Part shown: positions 13,950 to 27,360 of the stretch, piece by piece
How the letters are laid out: every line of letters starts with the position of its first letter
How positions within the stretch are numbered: the first letter of the stretch is position 1
Assembly (NCBI RefSeq): GCF_006345805.1
Contig: NC_043021.1
Coordinates: 20,274,001 to 20,338,000, forward strand
Direction of reading: 5' to 3'
Length of the DNA: 64,000 nt
Origin: Octopus sinensis
Taxonomy: Eukaryota
The notes under the pieces: model-generated
The model's database searches: none
The model's input: the letters and a program-made list of their open reading frames with translations, nothing else
What the model was told of the DNA's origin: nothing
Made by a program: the position numbers and the translations under genes

Positions 13950-15360
13950 TTATAATAAAAAGCAGGGTCTCCAGACGATCACCATGTTCTGCAGAATTGA
14001 TGCTTAGCTCCTTTGTCATCTCTAATCCAGCAATCCCTTATTCAAAGTAGATGTAGTGCAGACTACCAAGTCCTTTCTTCTTCAGATAATATAACATAGC
14101 TGGGGGACTGTTCTGAACAAATGGGGACAATGTATAGTTATGAATGCTCATTAGTCTTGTTGGGAACAAGGAAACGTCACTAATGCTGGTGCAACAGTAA
14201 TCAGTAACCAGTACACTGCATAAAATGGTTGGTAACAGAGACAAAATCAGATCAAGAGAATTTCTATGTTTTTTCCCAAGGACATGACAGTTTAAGTAGT
14301 GCTGGGTTACTCTGTAAAGTGGTTGTTGTTTAAAAGAGAAACCAGACATAGAAACCAGGCCAAAAGTGGAACGAGTATTCTCTCACTTGCCTAGGATGGC
14401 AGAAGCTACAAATAACATCTGACTGTAAAAACTCGTCCAACCCCTACCAGCTTAGAAATCAGATGTAAAATGAGGATAATGATAATTGCAAGATTAAATA
14501 TGACCTTCTTTGGTGTGTTTAGAGTGCAGTTAAGTTTGGCTGCTATTTCTAGTATATGGATAGTCTGCAGTGTTGTCTTCAGTAGTACTATACAACACAC
14601 AGATAATAGTAATAATAATAATAATAATACTGGTTTCAAATTTTGGCACAATGCCAGTAATATTGGGGAAGGGGATAAATTGATTAGATTGACCCCAGGT
14701 CCTAAAATAACCAAGCAGATCACAAATTTGGTATTTGTGTATCTGACCATGTTCAACAGCAGACATCCTTCACTATACCTATCCACTACCCTAACAAATA
14801 TTCTATCTAGATATTGTTGATATGGCTGTTTCATGTCCACTTTGGCATATCTGGGACATCTACTTAGTTACTGTCAGATAACTGGAAACTTCCGAACAGG
14901 TTTTCAAGGCATTTGTGCCCAACTTTTCTTATGTGCAAGTTCCCCTGTATGACTAGAATATAGTTCCAATCTCTTAAAAGTAATAGCAGTAATCAAGATG
15001 TCTCCAGGGAAGTTTCTCAACATCTGGGGAATTCTAGCTATCCTGTTTCTGTCGGAGCATAGATGGTCACTTATTAAAGGCACAACTTCAATTCCACTCA
15101 TGTCCAGGACCACCAACTTACTGACAAGGTCCAAATCGATTGCCCATTCCTTCAGATCGAGGAATTTTCAAAATAACACTGCTACTCTGCTGCCCTATCC
15201 AGACAAGCCATAAAATGAGAATATTTTATGGTCATTGAAAATTGGCATGATTGTGTACACCACAGAGACTGTGGTCTGGCTCATGGTTATTGTATTTATA
15301 CCAAATGACCTGAGGTCACTGAGCAAGTGGCTATGCTACCAAGCTGACTCCAGGCTATGC
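13950..15360 (-). mobile_element. Decayed L1/Tx1-clade LINE, APE endonuclease region
   Basis: Broken reading frames give SRVAVLF, KLVVLD, IYAPT, RDWN, PKWT*, YLDRIFV and YTNTKFV (TDHK-like), in the order expected for LINE AP endonucleases. Confidence 0.65.
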
Positions 15361-15366
15361 ACATTT

Positions 15367-15815
15367 CATCATCATCATCGTTTAACGTCCGCTTTCCATG
15401 CTAGCATGGGTTGGACGATTTTGACTGAGGACTGGCAAACCAGATGGCTGCACCAGGCTCCAATCTTAATTTGGCAGAGTTTCTACAGCTTGATGCCCTT
15501 CCTAACGCCAACCACTCCGAGAGTGTAGTGGGTGCTTTTTACATGCCACCAGCATGGGGGCCAGTCAAGCGGTACTGGCAATTCGACCTTGCTCAAATCT
15601 TTTTACACATGCCATCAGTACAGGTGCCAGTAAGGCGACGTTGGTAACAATCATGCTCAAATGGTGCCCTTTTACGTGCCACCGGCATGGAAGCCAGTTG
15701 GCTGCTCTGGCAACGATCATGCTCAGATGGTGCTCTTGGCACCCTACTAGCATGGGCACAAGTGCCAGTAAGGCGGTGCTGGTAATGATCACACTCAAAT
15801 GGTGCCTTTATATAC
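15367..15815 (-). mobile_element. SINE family C ((GAT)n tail, multimerised ~55-bp modules)
   Basis: ggttggcgttaggaagggcatccagctgtagaaac-type body with repeated gtgccggtggcacgtaaaaagcacc modules. Copies at 7-197, 2185-2400, 3457-3761, 17430-17716, 19522-19832, 29583-29974, 38053-38407, 41703-42055. Confidence 0.85.
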
Positions 15816-16522
15816 CTCAATTGTTTATAGCCATATTTGTTGCAAAAAGAGAAGAGTAGAAGTCACCCCAATCTTCCAGAAGGCCTGCTGATCTGGTCCC
15901 CTTGTCAACCAGTCGTTTCTTGAATGATCTCTTTGTGTCGCACATTGAAGAAATAGTGAAAGGCCATAATTGATGCTAGCTCATTGGTTATGATCCTTTT
16001 TACCAATCACTTCTTCTGGATTGCTGATTAGCCACCCCTTCCAATCTATTTCTTTTTATCACTTTTTTTTTTTTGCTAAAAGTTTTTGATTCCGATCTAA
16101 CTGCCTTTCAAAATCCCTGCAATGGATGGGAACTTTTTAAAGAAGAGTTCTGTAGACATTTGGCAGTGTCTTCATTAGTAATCCATCTTTGGGAATTTTG
16201 AGGATAAATTCATTTACACTGATAACAGTAAAATGGGTGATGAGCTGGCAGAATCATGCTGGATAAACTAGTTTAATGGCAGTTCACCCCTTTTGTGTTC
16301 TGGGTTCAAATTCCACTAAGGTTGACTGTCTTTTATCCTTTCAGGGTTGATAAAATAAAAACAAGTTGAGCACTGGGTTATCACTTAAATCAACTAGCTC
16401 CCTCCCAGAAAATTTCACACTTTGTGCCTGTAACAGGAAAGAAACAAAATAATATAACTGTGGATTCAACAGAGTTTGCTTTCTTGAGAATTTGGTTGCT
16501 TTGGCTGTACTTCTTGATGTTC

Positions 16523-16934
16523 TAACTCTTTTATTTGTTTCAGTCATTTGACTGTGGCCATGCTGGAGCACCGCCTTTTAGTCGAGCAAATCAACCCCAG
16601 GACTTATTCTTTGTAAGCCTAGTACTTATTCTATTGGTCTTTTTTGCCAGATCGTTAAGTTACAGGGATGTAAACACACCAGCATCAGTTGTCAACTGAT
16701 GTTGCAGGGACAAACACAGACACACAAACATATACTCACACACACACACACACATATATATATATACATACATATATACGATGGGCTTCTTTCAGTTTCC
16801 ATCTACCAAATCCACTCACAAGGCTTTGGTTGGCCTGAGGCTATAGTAGAAGATACCTGCCCAAGGTGTCATGCAGTGGGACTGAATGGAACCATGTGGT
16901 TGGTAAACAAGCTACTTACCACACAGCCACTCCT
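16523..16934 (-). mobile_element. SINE family A
   Basis: Reverse-complement copy. Other minus-strand copies at 4075-4440, 7810-8122 (deleted) and 36637-36840 (deleted). Confidence 0.9.
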
Positions 16935-17719
16935 AAGCCTTGTGTTTTCCTATGAGGGTATAAATTCTGCAGCCATTATTGTTGGTGGTTGAAATTAAAC
17001 TGCAGTTGTTGTTGTTGTTGATGTCATGAATTTGTCTATTGTTGTTGGTGATGGTGTTGTTGGAATTTAGCAGCAGTTGTTGTTGTTGTCGTGAATTTGT
17101 CTGTTGTTGTTGTTGTTGTTATTGTCGATGATGGTGTGGTTATAAATTTAGTTGTCATAGTTTGGGGCTTTGTTCTTTTGATGGCTTGTGGGTTTTTATT
17201 TTTTCGGGGTGGAGTTCCATCAATCATTAAAAAATTTTTGGTAAGTTGAATCAGTGGTCTTTTCTCTTCTCTTGGCCCTTCTCACGACCATTTGCTATGT
17301 ATCAACTTGCTTCCCTTTCTTTGCTGGGGAACTGAAGGCAGATGTAGAAAATTGACTCAAGCAAATATTTGCTTCCCTTGAGATCCTATTAATATTAATG
17401 TTGATATTGTCTTGGGGTGTAGGGCATTCAATGCCAGCGCCGCCTTGACTGGCTTCCATGCCGGTGGTACGTTAAAAGCACCAACCGATCATGGCCACTG
17501 CCAGACTCCCCTGGCACCTGTGCCAGTGGCACGTAAAAAGCACCCACTACACTCACAGAGTGGTTGGCGTTAGGAAGGGCATCCAGCTGTAGAAACACTG
17601 CCAGATCAAGATTGGAGCCTGGGGCAGCCTCCTGGCTTCCCAGACCCCGGTCGAACCGTCCAACCCGTGCTAGCGCGGAAAACGGACGTTAAACGATGAT
17701 GATGATGACGATGATGTGG

Positions 17720-17960
17720 CAGCAAACTCCTTTGCTGCGTTGGGAATGGCTTGAATTTCTTCTGCCGTCCTTGCTGTAGCAATTGCAGTTGATGTAGTCA
17801 CAGTGCAGGTAGCAAGAGACCTGGTGCTTCCACATGAATCGCACCTAGCTTTCCTACCTCCTGCAACAATTCAATTATTATGAGTTTCCCTTTCTCCCAC
17901 AAAAGTGAACGCAAGGATCCTCTGAAAACTTTAAGGTGCAAGCAGCATCTCTACCTCTAT
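17720..17960 (-). mobile_element. Possible ORF1 zinc-knuckle relic of the same LINE
   Basis: IVAGGRKARCDSCGSTRSLATC, a degenerate CCHC-type knuckle upstream of and co-oriented with the APE relic. Confidence 0.35.
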
Positions 17961-18296
17961 CTTATTCACTGAGCAGTTCTTCAGATGGGTTGGGGTGGGG
18001 GAAGGGTTGATTTTATTGTAATTATTTCACCATGCTCTCCCAAAATATCCCAGTGAATTATTTGATACTTAGTTCAGGTCCATGTTTGTGAATGATATTT
18101 TATTTATACATCTGAAGAACTGGTAGGAGTGGCTGTGTGGTAAGTAGCTTGTTTACCAACCACATGGTTCTGGCTTCAGTCCCACTGTGTGGCACCTTGG
18201 GCAAGTGTCTTCTACTATAGCCTCGGGCCGACCAAAGCCTCGTGAGTGGATTTGGTAGACGGAAACTGAAAGAAGCCTGTCGTATATATGTATATG

Positions 18297-18344
<48 letters not shown>

Positions 18345-18345
<1 letters not shown>

Positions 18346-18535
18346 TTTATTTAAAGCAGCAGAAAATTCAACAAAACCTGTTACTCTGAGTTTCACATTT
18401 CCATTCGTCGGACAGTTACTCGGAGTAACAGGTTTTGTTGAATTTTCTGCTGCTTTAAATAAAGCATATTACTCCACCACTGGTATTTGAGTACTCTTTT
18501 TTCCACCTTGTTTCACATTTATGTGTTTACCCCGG
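18345..18535. mobile_element. Fold-back Penelope-like terminal fragment inserted in the (TA)n tract of a SINE
   Basis: 47-bp inverted arms 18345-18391 and 18418-18464, about 70-nt unpaired tail, (TA)n on both sides. Same family as 6295-6480 and 32093-32204. Confidence 0.65.
18378..18415 (-). ncRNA. Second copy of the same hammerhead fold, stem II weakened
   Basis: Minus strand CTGT CCGACGA ATG-gaaa-TGT GAAA CTCAGAG TA ACAG. Stem II changes look like CpG decay and leave wobble pairs. Confidence 0.55.
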
Positions 18536-18568
<33 letters not shown>

Positions 18569-21147
18569 ATATGTTTGTGTGTCTGTTCCCCCAACATCGC
18601 TTGACAACCAATGCTGGTGTGTTTACGTCCCCGTAACTTAGCGGTTCGGCAAAAGAGATTGATAGAATAAGTACTAGGCTTACAAAAAATAAGTCCTGGG
18701 ATCGATTTGCTCGACTAAAGGTGATGCTCCAGCATGGCCACAGTCAAATGACTGAAACAAGTAAAAGAGTAAAGAATATCTCCCACTATCCCTCTCCTCA
18801 CATAACATTGAACCATATTAAACTCCAAACATTTTTCCATCTTGCTAGGGGCAGATTGTCCACTTTTTTTTTTTTATATATCGATAAGTTAAAGTTCCTT
18901 TTCTAATCCCTTTATTTTTCTCTCCTGGTGGCAAGGCCAGAAAATTGGACCCCAAAACACATTTCAAACATTTCTCCACCTTGCTGAGGACACACAAGCC
19001 GGATTTTGTCATTGTGGTGAAAGAGTACAACAGGGGTCGCCACCCCCCCCACCCCTGCCAGAGCCTCGTGGAGCTTTAGATGTTTTCGCTCAATAAACAC
19101 ACACAACACCCAGTCTGGGAATCGAAACCGCGATCCTCCTACTGTGAGTCCGCTGCCCTAACCACTGGGCCATTGTGCCTCCACTTGCACCTATACATAT
19201 TGATAAATTAAGATTCTTATGATTCTCTCGCGGTGGCATAGCAGGAAAACTGGATTTTACCAATCAGGCAGTGCCTATTTCCTCCACTGAAATCACAGCC
19301 ACAAATATACTTTACTTACTGTTGCTGGGGATCTTTTATGAAGGAGCTTGTCCTAGTTGTGTTGCTTTTAGAGTATGGTCATTGGTGGTAATGCTGGTGG
19401 TTTCAGAAGCTACAACGAACACAGCAGTGACAGTATTGATAGTGATGGTAAGGTGGTGAGCTGGTAGAATTGTTAGCACGCCAGGCAAAATGCTTAGCTG
19501 TATTTTGTCTGTCTTTATGCTCATCATCATTTAACGTTCGCTTTCCATGCTAGCATGGGTTGGACGATTTGACTGAGGTCTGGCAAACCAGGCTCCAATC
19601 TGATCTGGCAGTGTTTCTACAGCTGGATGCCCTTCCTAACGCCAACCACTCCGAGAGTGTAGTGGGTGCTTTTACGTGCCACCTGCACCAGTTTGGTGGT
19701 ACTGGCAATGGCCATGTCCAAATGGTGCTTTTTATGTGCGACCTGCAGAGAAGCCAGTCCAGCAGCACTGGCAATGTCCTAGCTCAAATGTTTCACGTGC
19801 CACCAGCAAAAGTGCTAGTAAGGCGATGCAGTAAGGTTCTGTGTTCAAATTCTGCCACGGTCAACTTTGCCTTTCATTCTTTCGGGGTTGATTAAATAAG
19901 TACCAGTTATGCACTGGGGTCAATGTAATCGACTCAATCCCTTTGTCTGTCCTTGTTTGTGCCCCCTATGTTTAGCCCCACTGTGGGCAATAAAGAAATA
20001 AATTTTGATAGTGCTGGTAAGTCAGCAAGCTGGCAGAAACCTTAGCATGCTGGGTGAAATGGTTGGCAATATTTTGTCTGTTTTTATGTTCTGAGTTCAA
20101 GTTCCACGGCCCCCTACCCAAAAACTTCGGGCCTTGTGCCTAGAGTAGAAAAGAATATCGATAGTGATGGTAGGTGACAAGCTTGCAAAATCATTAGCAT
20201 GCAGGACAAAATGCTGAACAGCATTTCATCTGCCTTCGTGTTCTGAGTTCAAATTCCACCGAGGTCGACTTTGCCTTTCATCCTTTTGGGATAAGTACCA
20301 GTTGGGACTAGGATTGATGTGTGTGCGTGGGGATGGAGATGGGGGTGGTTATGAAAGGATAATTCGACATTCACAGAATTTGAACTCAGAATGTAAAGAC
20401 AGATGAAATGTCTCAAAGCATTTTTGCCCAGCATGCTAACGATTCCGCCACCTTGGCATCTCAAAGAGAAAAATACATAAAGAATAAAAACTAGAAAGTC
20501 GAATTAGTTTGTGTAATTCTTCTGGAAGAAACTGTAATTCGAAACAGCAGCTAGACAAAGAGTATTTTAGTAGCTTGATAAATGATAATAATCATAATAA
20601 TGATAATAATAATAATAATAATAATAATAATATTAAGTCATACATCATATTGTGGAAAAAAAGTAGGAAGGGGTTAACATGGAGGTATATTTTTTACTGG
20701 GATAAACAAAATATATAAGCAGAGACATGGAAAGAGAAAAAGTCAAAAGTACAACATCGTGCATTAACCCTTTCTGTAGCGTTTTGCCTGAGACCACATC
20801 TGGTTCTTTAATACAAAACACTCCATCGTTATTTTAGATAAGGATCTTAAGTAAATACATCAAACTTTGTTGGAAATATTACATTAATAATGAAAAAAGT
20901 TTTTTTTATTTATGCGTCTTTTCCCACCCCACACTCACCTCTTTGAATTGTTGACTCTTTTCAAAATTAATTGAAATAAGTTTGATAGGCAGTGCATTTT
21001 CTTAGAAATATGGTCCACAAAAGGGTGAATTTACAATTCTGGATTTATGATGAGAGGATTTAAAAGTTGCAGGACGACTGCACAATTTCTACAAGACAAA
21101 TTAGAAATACACGATATATCTTAATGAATAAAAGAAAAAAATATTTC

Positions 21148-22416
21148 TATTAACGTCCGGAAAATTCATTAGCATTATTCATAATATGTAAAACAAACAC
21201 ATTTAAGGAATAATGTTTGAATTAAGCAATATATGAACCCTTTTTCTTCAACAATCTTCCTCCACTGTTTTGGCAACCTTAATATATTTTCTGATTAGAA
21301 TTTCTGTGTAGCTTCCTGCAGAAAAAGAAATCGTCCACATGGTTTTTGATATCATCGTTTGATGCTACGATAAAGAGAATTTTGCAGTGAATGGAATAAA
21401 TGTAAGTCTGAAGGTGTAACATCCGATGCTTATGGAAGATGAGACAGTATTTCCCATAAAAAAATTTGGTCAATTTTATCGATGTCTAACGTGAGGTAAA
21501 ACATCTTTTATCTTTTCTGCTTGTTAATGTTGGACATCTCTGTTGGGCCTCTGAGTTCAGTTGATCCAACTATTTGTGAGCAGTATATATATTATATGTT
21601 GAACAGAATATACATACACACATATGCACACACAAAAAAAATTGGTATCATTTTTTTTTTTTTTTTGGTTAAAAGCTTGTAATATAGTAAACCATTCCAA
21701 TTCCATTAGATATACATCATCACATTTTAGGGTAATAAGACCTGTTCTAGGAATGGTTAGACTTGCTGTCCCTTGTTTAATCCAAAATCTTTCCCTTACA
21801 CTTTTGAAATTCATGATCCCTTTATTATCATCTTTTACAATTTCCTTTAAAATATGTGAGATCTCAAGGCATTAGATATTCATTCCATTAAATTCTTTTC
21901 TCGTCAGATCAAATGGAACCCAAAATCTGTAGTGGCCTATTGTACCCCTATTTCTTCAACTGCTGAAAAACAATTATTGACAAACCCCATATTATAACCA
22001 TCTCTCTAACAGTATAATGTGGGTTTTCATTGCTAGCAGGCATCATTCTGTTGTCATCAACAGTTGATGGCTGCCTAGAATGGTCTTCCGCTTGGCATCT
22101 GAAATGTCCCAAACTGTATAGCACTTCTGCAAAAAGCTTTCATTTAACAGAGATTCTCCATATACAGCACATATTTCTCAGGTTGGATGGGCAGTACCTT
22201 TTTTTTTTTCCTTAATAATAGAGCATAATATGTTGAAAGTTCATCTGATTTTTGGTTTTTCCAGATAAACGCAAATTGCTAAAAATTAATCATTTCAGAC
22301 TAGAGATGACAAATCTTGCACTTATAAACTACTGTCTGATTAATTAAAATATTATGCCTTAAATATGTCTGTTTTACATATGAAAAATCTGAATGAATTT
22401 TCCAGACTTCACAATA
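21148..22416 (-). mobile_element. Full-length decayed mariner DNA transposon (~1.27 kb)
   Basis: Imperfect ~65-bp TIRs at 21148-21214 and 22351-22416. Frameshifted transposase motifs: FQHIMLYY, EICAVYGE, QPSTVDD, ENPHYTVRE, WVPFDL (WVPHEL-like), WEILSHLP*ASDVTPSDLHLFHSLQNSL (YSPDLAPSD-like), RLPKQWRKIVEEKGSYI. Confidence 0.9.
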
Positions 22417-23090
22417 TGAGTCAGTTAGTCATACTGTATTCTTGCCAACAGTCAGATTCTATACAACTGAAGAAAGCAGTAGATTCACTCTACTAGCAGA
22501 AAACTCAAGGTTTTGGATAGGGTTCAAATTTAAAAAAACATAGAATTATACATACACACACATATATCTATGTGCATGTGTATGTATGTATGTATGTATG
22601 TATGTATGTACATATCTGTATGTGTGTGTGTATTGCCAATAGAATGGGCCAAAATGGAGGAAGTTGCCTCTAATTTAAAAAAAAAAATTAAATATAAAAA
22701 AAAAAAACTTTCATAAAAAGCTCACCGGAAAGTTTCAATATTGCCAAAATACTTAAGTTATAGAATTATGTTTAATTAAATTAATTTATAAAATATTAAA
22801 CGATAAATATAGACTTTGATTTAGGGGAAAAAATCCACAGTAAAAAAAAAAAAGGAAAATATGAATCATCATATTTTTTTATGAGTTATATATTACTGGT
22901 ATGATTTGCATATGAGAATGTATTTGTATTATTAAAATAACTATACTGTGAACATGAGATATAAGTTCAATTAATTCTGATTTTTACTGAGACAAACTAT
23001 AATTTTATTTTTAGAGGAATCAAGATGGCTTTCAAATAGAAAATATAAAAATTAGGTCACTTTAATAATTACTGATTTTAACATAGTCAC

Positions 23091-23346
23091 CTTTCCTTTG
23101 TGCCCTTTTAAAGCCTAGCCAGGCTCATGTGCCTGGTTTCCCAGTTTCTATGGTGTATGTGTTCCCCAGTTGGGTGGGACGCCAGTCCATCGCAGCGTTA
23201 CTCATTTTTGCCAGCTGAGTGAACTGGAGCAACGTGAAATGAAGTGTTTTGCTCAAGAACACAACGCGTCGCCCGGTCCAGGAATCGAAACCACAATCTA
23301 ACGATCATGATGCTGACACCCTAACCACTAAGCCACGCGCCTCCAC
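23091..23346 (-). mobile_element. SINE family E (tRNA head, different body)
   Basis: A/B boxes, cttgagcaaaacactt and gcgatggactggcgtccc motifs; 12-bp TSD taacatagtcac (23079-23090, 23347-23358). Confidence 0.85.
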
Positions 23347-23575
23347 TAACATAGTCACAGGAGCTCAAATTTAGAGGGAAGCTTAAGATTACCTCCAGTT
23401 TGAGACTGATTACATTGGGTAGCAAATGTTACTTCCTATTTGCTTACGCCTTAGAAAGTATGAAAAATGGCAAATATTTTTAACAGGCTTTGCTTTTCTT
23501 ACATTTATTTAAACTCCAAAGAATCCCTTCAACACATGGCTATGAGGTTCCCCCAGTACTCCTGCTTATAATAAT

Positions 23576-23920
23576 AATAATAATATAATAATGAAATTAT
23601 TGTATACAGTGCTCAGGTGCACCACAACTTGTCAGAAAGTGCGTATAAGTATATGCAGTAATGTACAGATGTCTGGAAAGCGAACAGTGTATGAGTCAGA
23701 TACATGCCTGCGTGTGTATGGGGGGGGGGAAATCAGGTATAGTGTTGGTGAATCTCAGGAAGCATGGAAGTTTTGAAGGATGCAGTGCTCCGACAACTAA
23801 CATCTGATGCTGGCAGTTTGTTCCATGCTTCAGCAACTCTTAGCATGAAAAAATGTTTCCAAAAGTCATGGGAGCTGTGCTGTTTTCTGACTTTGTAAAC
23901 ATGTCCACAGGTGTTATGAT
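23576..23920 (-). mobile_element. CR1/L2-type LINE 3' end
   Basis: NTCGHVYKVRK..KHFFMLRVAEAWNKLP..ASFK C-terminal signature, short 3' UTR and (TTA)n tail. Confidence 0.8.
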
Positions 23921-25079
23921 CAGGGATACACATATTATCAGCCACAAAGGGACATGCTCATGTGGTTAAGGTGAAGCAACTGATAAGCAAATCTGTCAGT
24001 ATTGAGCAGAATATTTCCTATAACGATATTTCTGCTTCAGCAACTCAGCAGTGAACCTGTCTGGAATGTAATGGAAAATAGGTCAGCTTCAAAACATTGA
24101 AATCCAGGTCAGAAAAGCAAAATTTGAAGGGAATAATAGTAATTTCTTTTGATTTCTAGATAGAAGCAAATTTGAAATAAAACTTACTGACCAGAGACAA
24201 AAAATAAAAATGAAAAAATTTTAATTTTGTTACACAGTATAATTAATATTACAGACTATGGGAAAATGAAAGAAAATGTTGACCCAGAAAGGATACAAAA
24301 GGGAGTGTTATAGAATTGATTAAGATCAACCCCCCCCCCCCCAGTATATTACTGGTATTTAATTTCATTGACCATGGAAAGATGAAAGGAAAAATTAACA
24401 CCAAAGGGATTCAAAAGGTGTAATTAATTATCACAAAGTTATTTCATTCAACACATCCAATCACCTACCACATCACACCTAATAATCCTTTCTGCTGTAG
24501 CTGCAAGGCCTGAAATTTGGAGGGAGGGGACCAGTCAATAATATTGACCCCAGTGCTCAACTGGTGCGTATTTATTTTATTGACTTTGAAAGGATCAAAG
24601 GCAACAAAGTCAACCTCAGTCGAAGCAAAGACAATGTCAAAGTCAGAACGTAATGCCGGAAGAAATACCACCAGGCACTTTGTCCAGCCTTCCAGTGTTT
24701 CTTATTTCTTTATTGCCCACAAGGGGCTAAACATAGAGGGGACAAACAAGGACAGACAAAGGGATTAAGTCGATTACATCGACCCCAGTGCGTAACTCAC
24801 AGTTCAGCCTTACTTTAATCTAGAAGGGGTTGTCTTCCCCTATGATAGCTGACCACTAGGGTACATTAGCATAAATTATCATAGTTAAGCATAATTATTT
24901 AAATTTTTTTCTGCGGTCGTTTCATGTGAGTTTTTATTGCTCCAGCTGGCACACCTCCATGTTCCTCAGGTGGAATGTGTCATTGTGTTTTTACTTTTGT
25001 GGGGGTTGGGTGAATGCAATCTCCTCCTGTTGGTTACGAGACTTAGTCCCTTGTTTTCTTTTGATCCTATTAGCGTAAT

Positions 25080-25476
25080 GGGGGGATGGGAAGCACTCTG
25101 TCGGTTACGACGATGAGGGTTCCGGTTGATCCGAATCAATGGAACAGCCTGCTCGTGAAATTAACGTGCAAGTGGCTGAGCACTCCACGGACACGTGCAC
25201 CCTTAACGTAGTTCTCGGGGGGGATATTCAGCATGACACAGAGAGTGACAAGGCCGGCCCTTTGAAATACAGGTACAACAGAAACAGGAAGTAAGAGTGA
25301 GAGAAAGTTGTGGTGAAAGAGTACAGCAGGGATCACCACCATCCCCTGCCGGAGCCTCGTGGAGCTTTTAGGTGCTTTCGTTCAATAAACACTCACAACG
25401 CCCGGTCTGGGAATCAAAACCGCGATCCTATGACCGCGAGTCCGCTGCCCTAACCACTGGGCCATTGCGCCTCCAC
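25080..25476 (-). mobile_element. SINE family D (tRNA-derived)
   Basis: Head gtggaggcgcaatggcccagtggttagggcagcgg with A-box; 12-bp TSD tattagcgtaat (25068-25079, 25477-25488). Related copies at 3762-4063 and 18985-19185. Confidence 0.88.
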
Positions 25477-25488
25477 TATTAGCGTAAT

Positions 25489-25780
25489 ACGTTCTGGCAT
25501 GCATGGTGTACATAATGTGACTTTTGTTATTTTATTGGGCCTTAATCTTGAATAGTATATACTGCAGGAGTTGTGTTGTTTGAGGTTATTGGGCGCTTGT
25601 TGTACAGGATGCACGTAATGCATAGAGATTGTCCTGTTAGAGCTATTCTATCAAATTCTAAGTTTTTCTAATGAACTGATAGTATCTTGCACAAAATACT
25701 GGCTGTTCCTAGCAGAGATACTTTTTGGGAAGTGTGTAGTGTTGTGAGCCCTGCTATGGATTCTATGTTTTTCATATTTT
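25489..25780 (-). mobile_element. R4/Dong-like 3' relic
   Basis: Minus strand SQKVSLLGTASILCKIL then stop; the presumed 3' UTR is interrupted by a SINE. Confidence 0.6.
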
Positions 25781-25781
25781 A

Positions 25782-25813
<32 letters not shown>

Positions 25814-26137
25814 GAGTGAGAGAGCAGTGCATGCCATCAAAGTGACACTGGGGTAAAATATACGAAGCCCAGTATACCCATCATGACTACCTGTCTGATA
25901 AGGGTACACCAGGCACATGCGTCACAACCATATGTGCGCAACATGATGATCTCATATCAAGATAAACAGCACATGACCTTGCAGGTGGGGCCCAGTTAGA
26001 ATTTTCTTCTGGTCGAGTAACCCATCCTGCTCAAAAGGTCCCTGAGTAAGGGTTGTTTAAGGATGTTGAACGAAACACCCATGTTTCCAAAGGTGAATTA
26101 TTCAAACCCCAAATTATTATTATTATTATTATTATTA

Positions 26138-27360
26138 AAGTGGTGAGCTGGCAGAATCATTAGCGTGCCGGACAAAATGCTTAGCAGCATTTCATCCATT
26201 GCTATGTTCTGAGTTCAAATTCCACCTAGGTCGACTTTACCTTTCATCCTTCAAGGGTTAATAAAATAAGTACCAGGTGGTGAGCTAGCAGAAACGTTAG
26301 CACACCGAGCGAAATGCTTAGCAGTATTTCATCAGCCGTTACGTTCTGAGTTCAAATTCTGCCAAGGTCGACTTTGCCTTTCATCCTTTCGGGGTCGATA
26401 AATTAAGTACCAGTTACGCAGTGGGGTCAATGTAATTGACTTAATCCGTTTGTCTGTTCTTGTTTATCCTCTCTGTGTTTAGCCCCTTGTGGGTAGTAAA
26501 GAAATAGGTATTTCATCTGCCGTTACGTTCTGAGTTCAAATTCCACCAAAGTCGACTTTGCCTTTCATCCTTTCGGAGTCGACAAATTAAGTACCAGTTA
26601 CGCACTGGGGTCGATGTAATCGACTTAATGTCCTTGTTTGTCCCCTCTATGTTTAGCCCCTAGTGGGCAATAAAGAAATAAAAATAAGTACCAGTCATCT
26701 CCAAAATTTCAGGGCTTGTACCTATAGCAGAAAGGATTATTATTATTATTATGATTATTAAGATTGTGAGCTGGCAGAGTGGTTAACTTGCCAGACAAAA
26801 TGTGTATCCCATTTTGTCTGTCTTTACATTCTGGGTTTAAATGCTGGTAAGGTCGACATTGCCCCATCCTTTTGAGATCAATAAAATAAATAAGTAGCAT
26901 CCAAGTATAGGGGTCAACATAACCAACTGACTCCTCTCCTCAAAATCTGCGGGCTCTGTGACAAAATTTGAAACCATTATTATTAGTAGTAGAATTATTA
27001 TTATTATGGCAGTGAGTTGGAAGAATTGTAAGCACACCAGACAAAATGCTTAGCGGCATTTTTCTCTCTTATTGTCTGAGTTCAAATTCTGCCGAGGTCG
27101 ATTTTGCCTTTTATCTTTTTTTTTGGTGGGGCGGCAATAAAATAAGTACCAGTGAAACACTGGGGTCGATGTAATTGACTAGTCCCCTCTCCAAAATTTC
27201 AGGCGTTGTACCTTTAGTAGGAAGGATTATTAATATTATTATCATTATTATCAACAAGGCTGTGAGCTGGCAGAATCTTTAGCATGTCGGACGAAATGCT
27301 CATAAGCATTTATCTGTCTATGTGCCAAGTTCAAATAACTCCAAGGTCATCCTTTCAGAG
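26138..27360. mobile_element. Cluster of nested/tandem family B SINEs
   Basis: At least six repeats of the gttctgagttcaaattc..cctttcatcc motif, separated by (ATT)n. Confidence 0.85.

Larger units (their letters stand above)
18124..18775 (+). mobile_element. SINE family A with nested fold-back element
   Basis: Both SINE halves intact around the expanded TA tract and the 18345-18535 insert. Confidence 0.88.

Noticed and set aside
21557-21814. ORF initially resembling tRNA 2'-phosphotransferase
   Set aside because: Flanking motifs and TIRs show it is part of the decayed mariner transposase.
26138-27360. Regularly recurring motif that could mimic a CRISPR-like array
   Set aside because: Repeats are long nested SINE B copies without unique fixed-length spacers; eukaryotic context and no cas genes.
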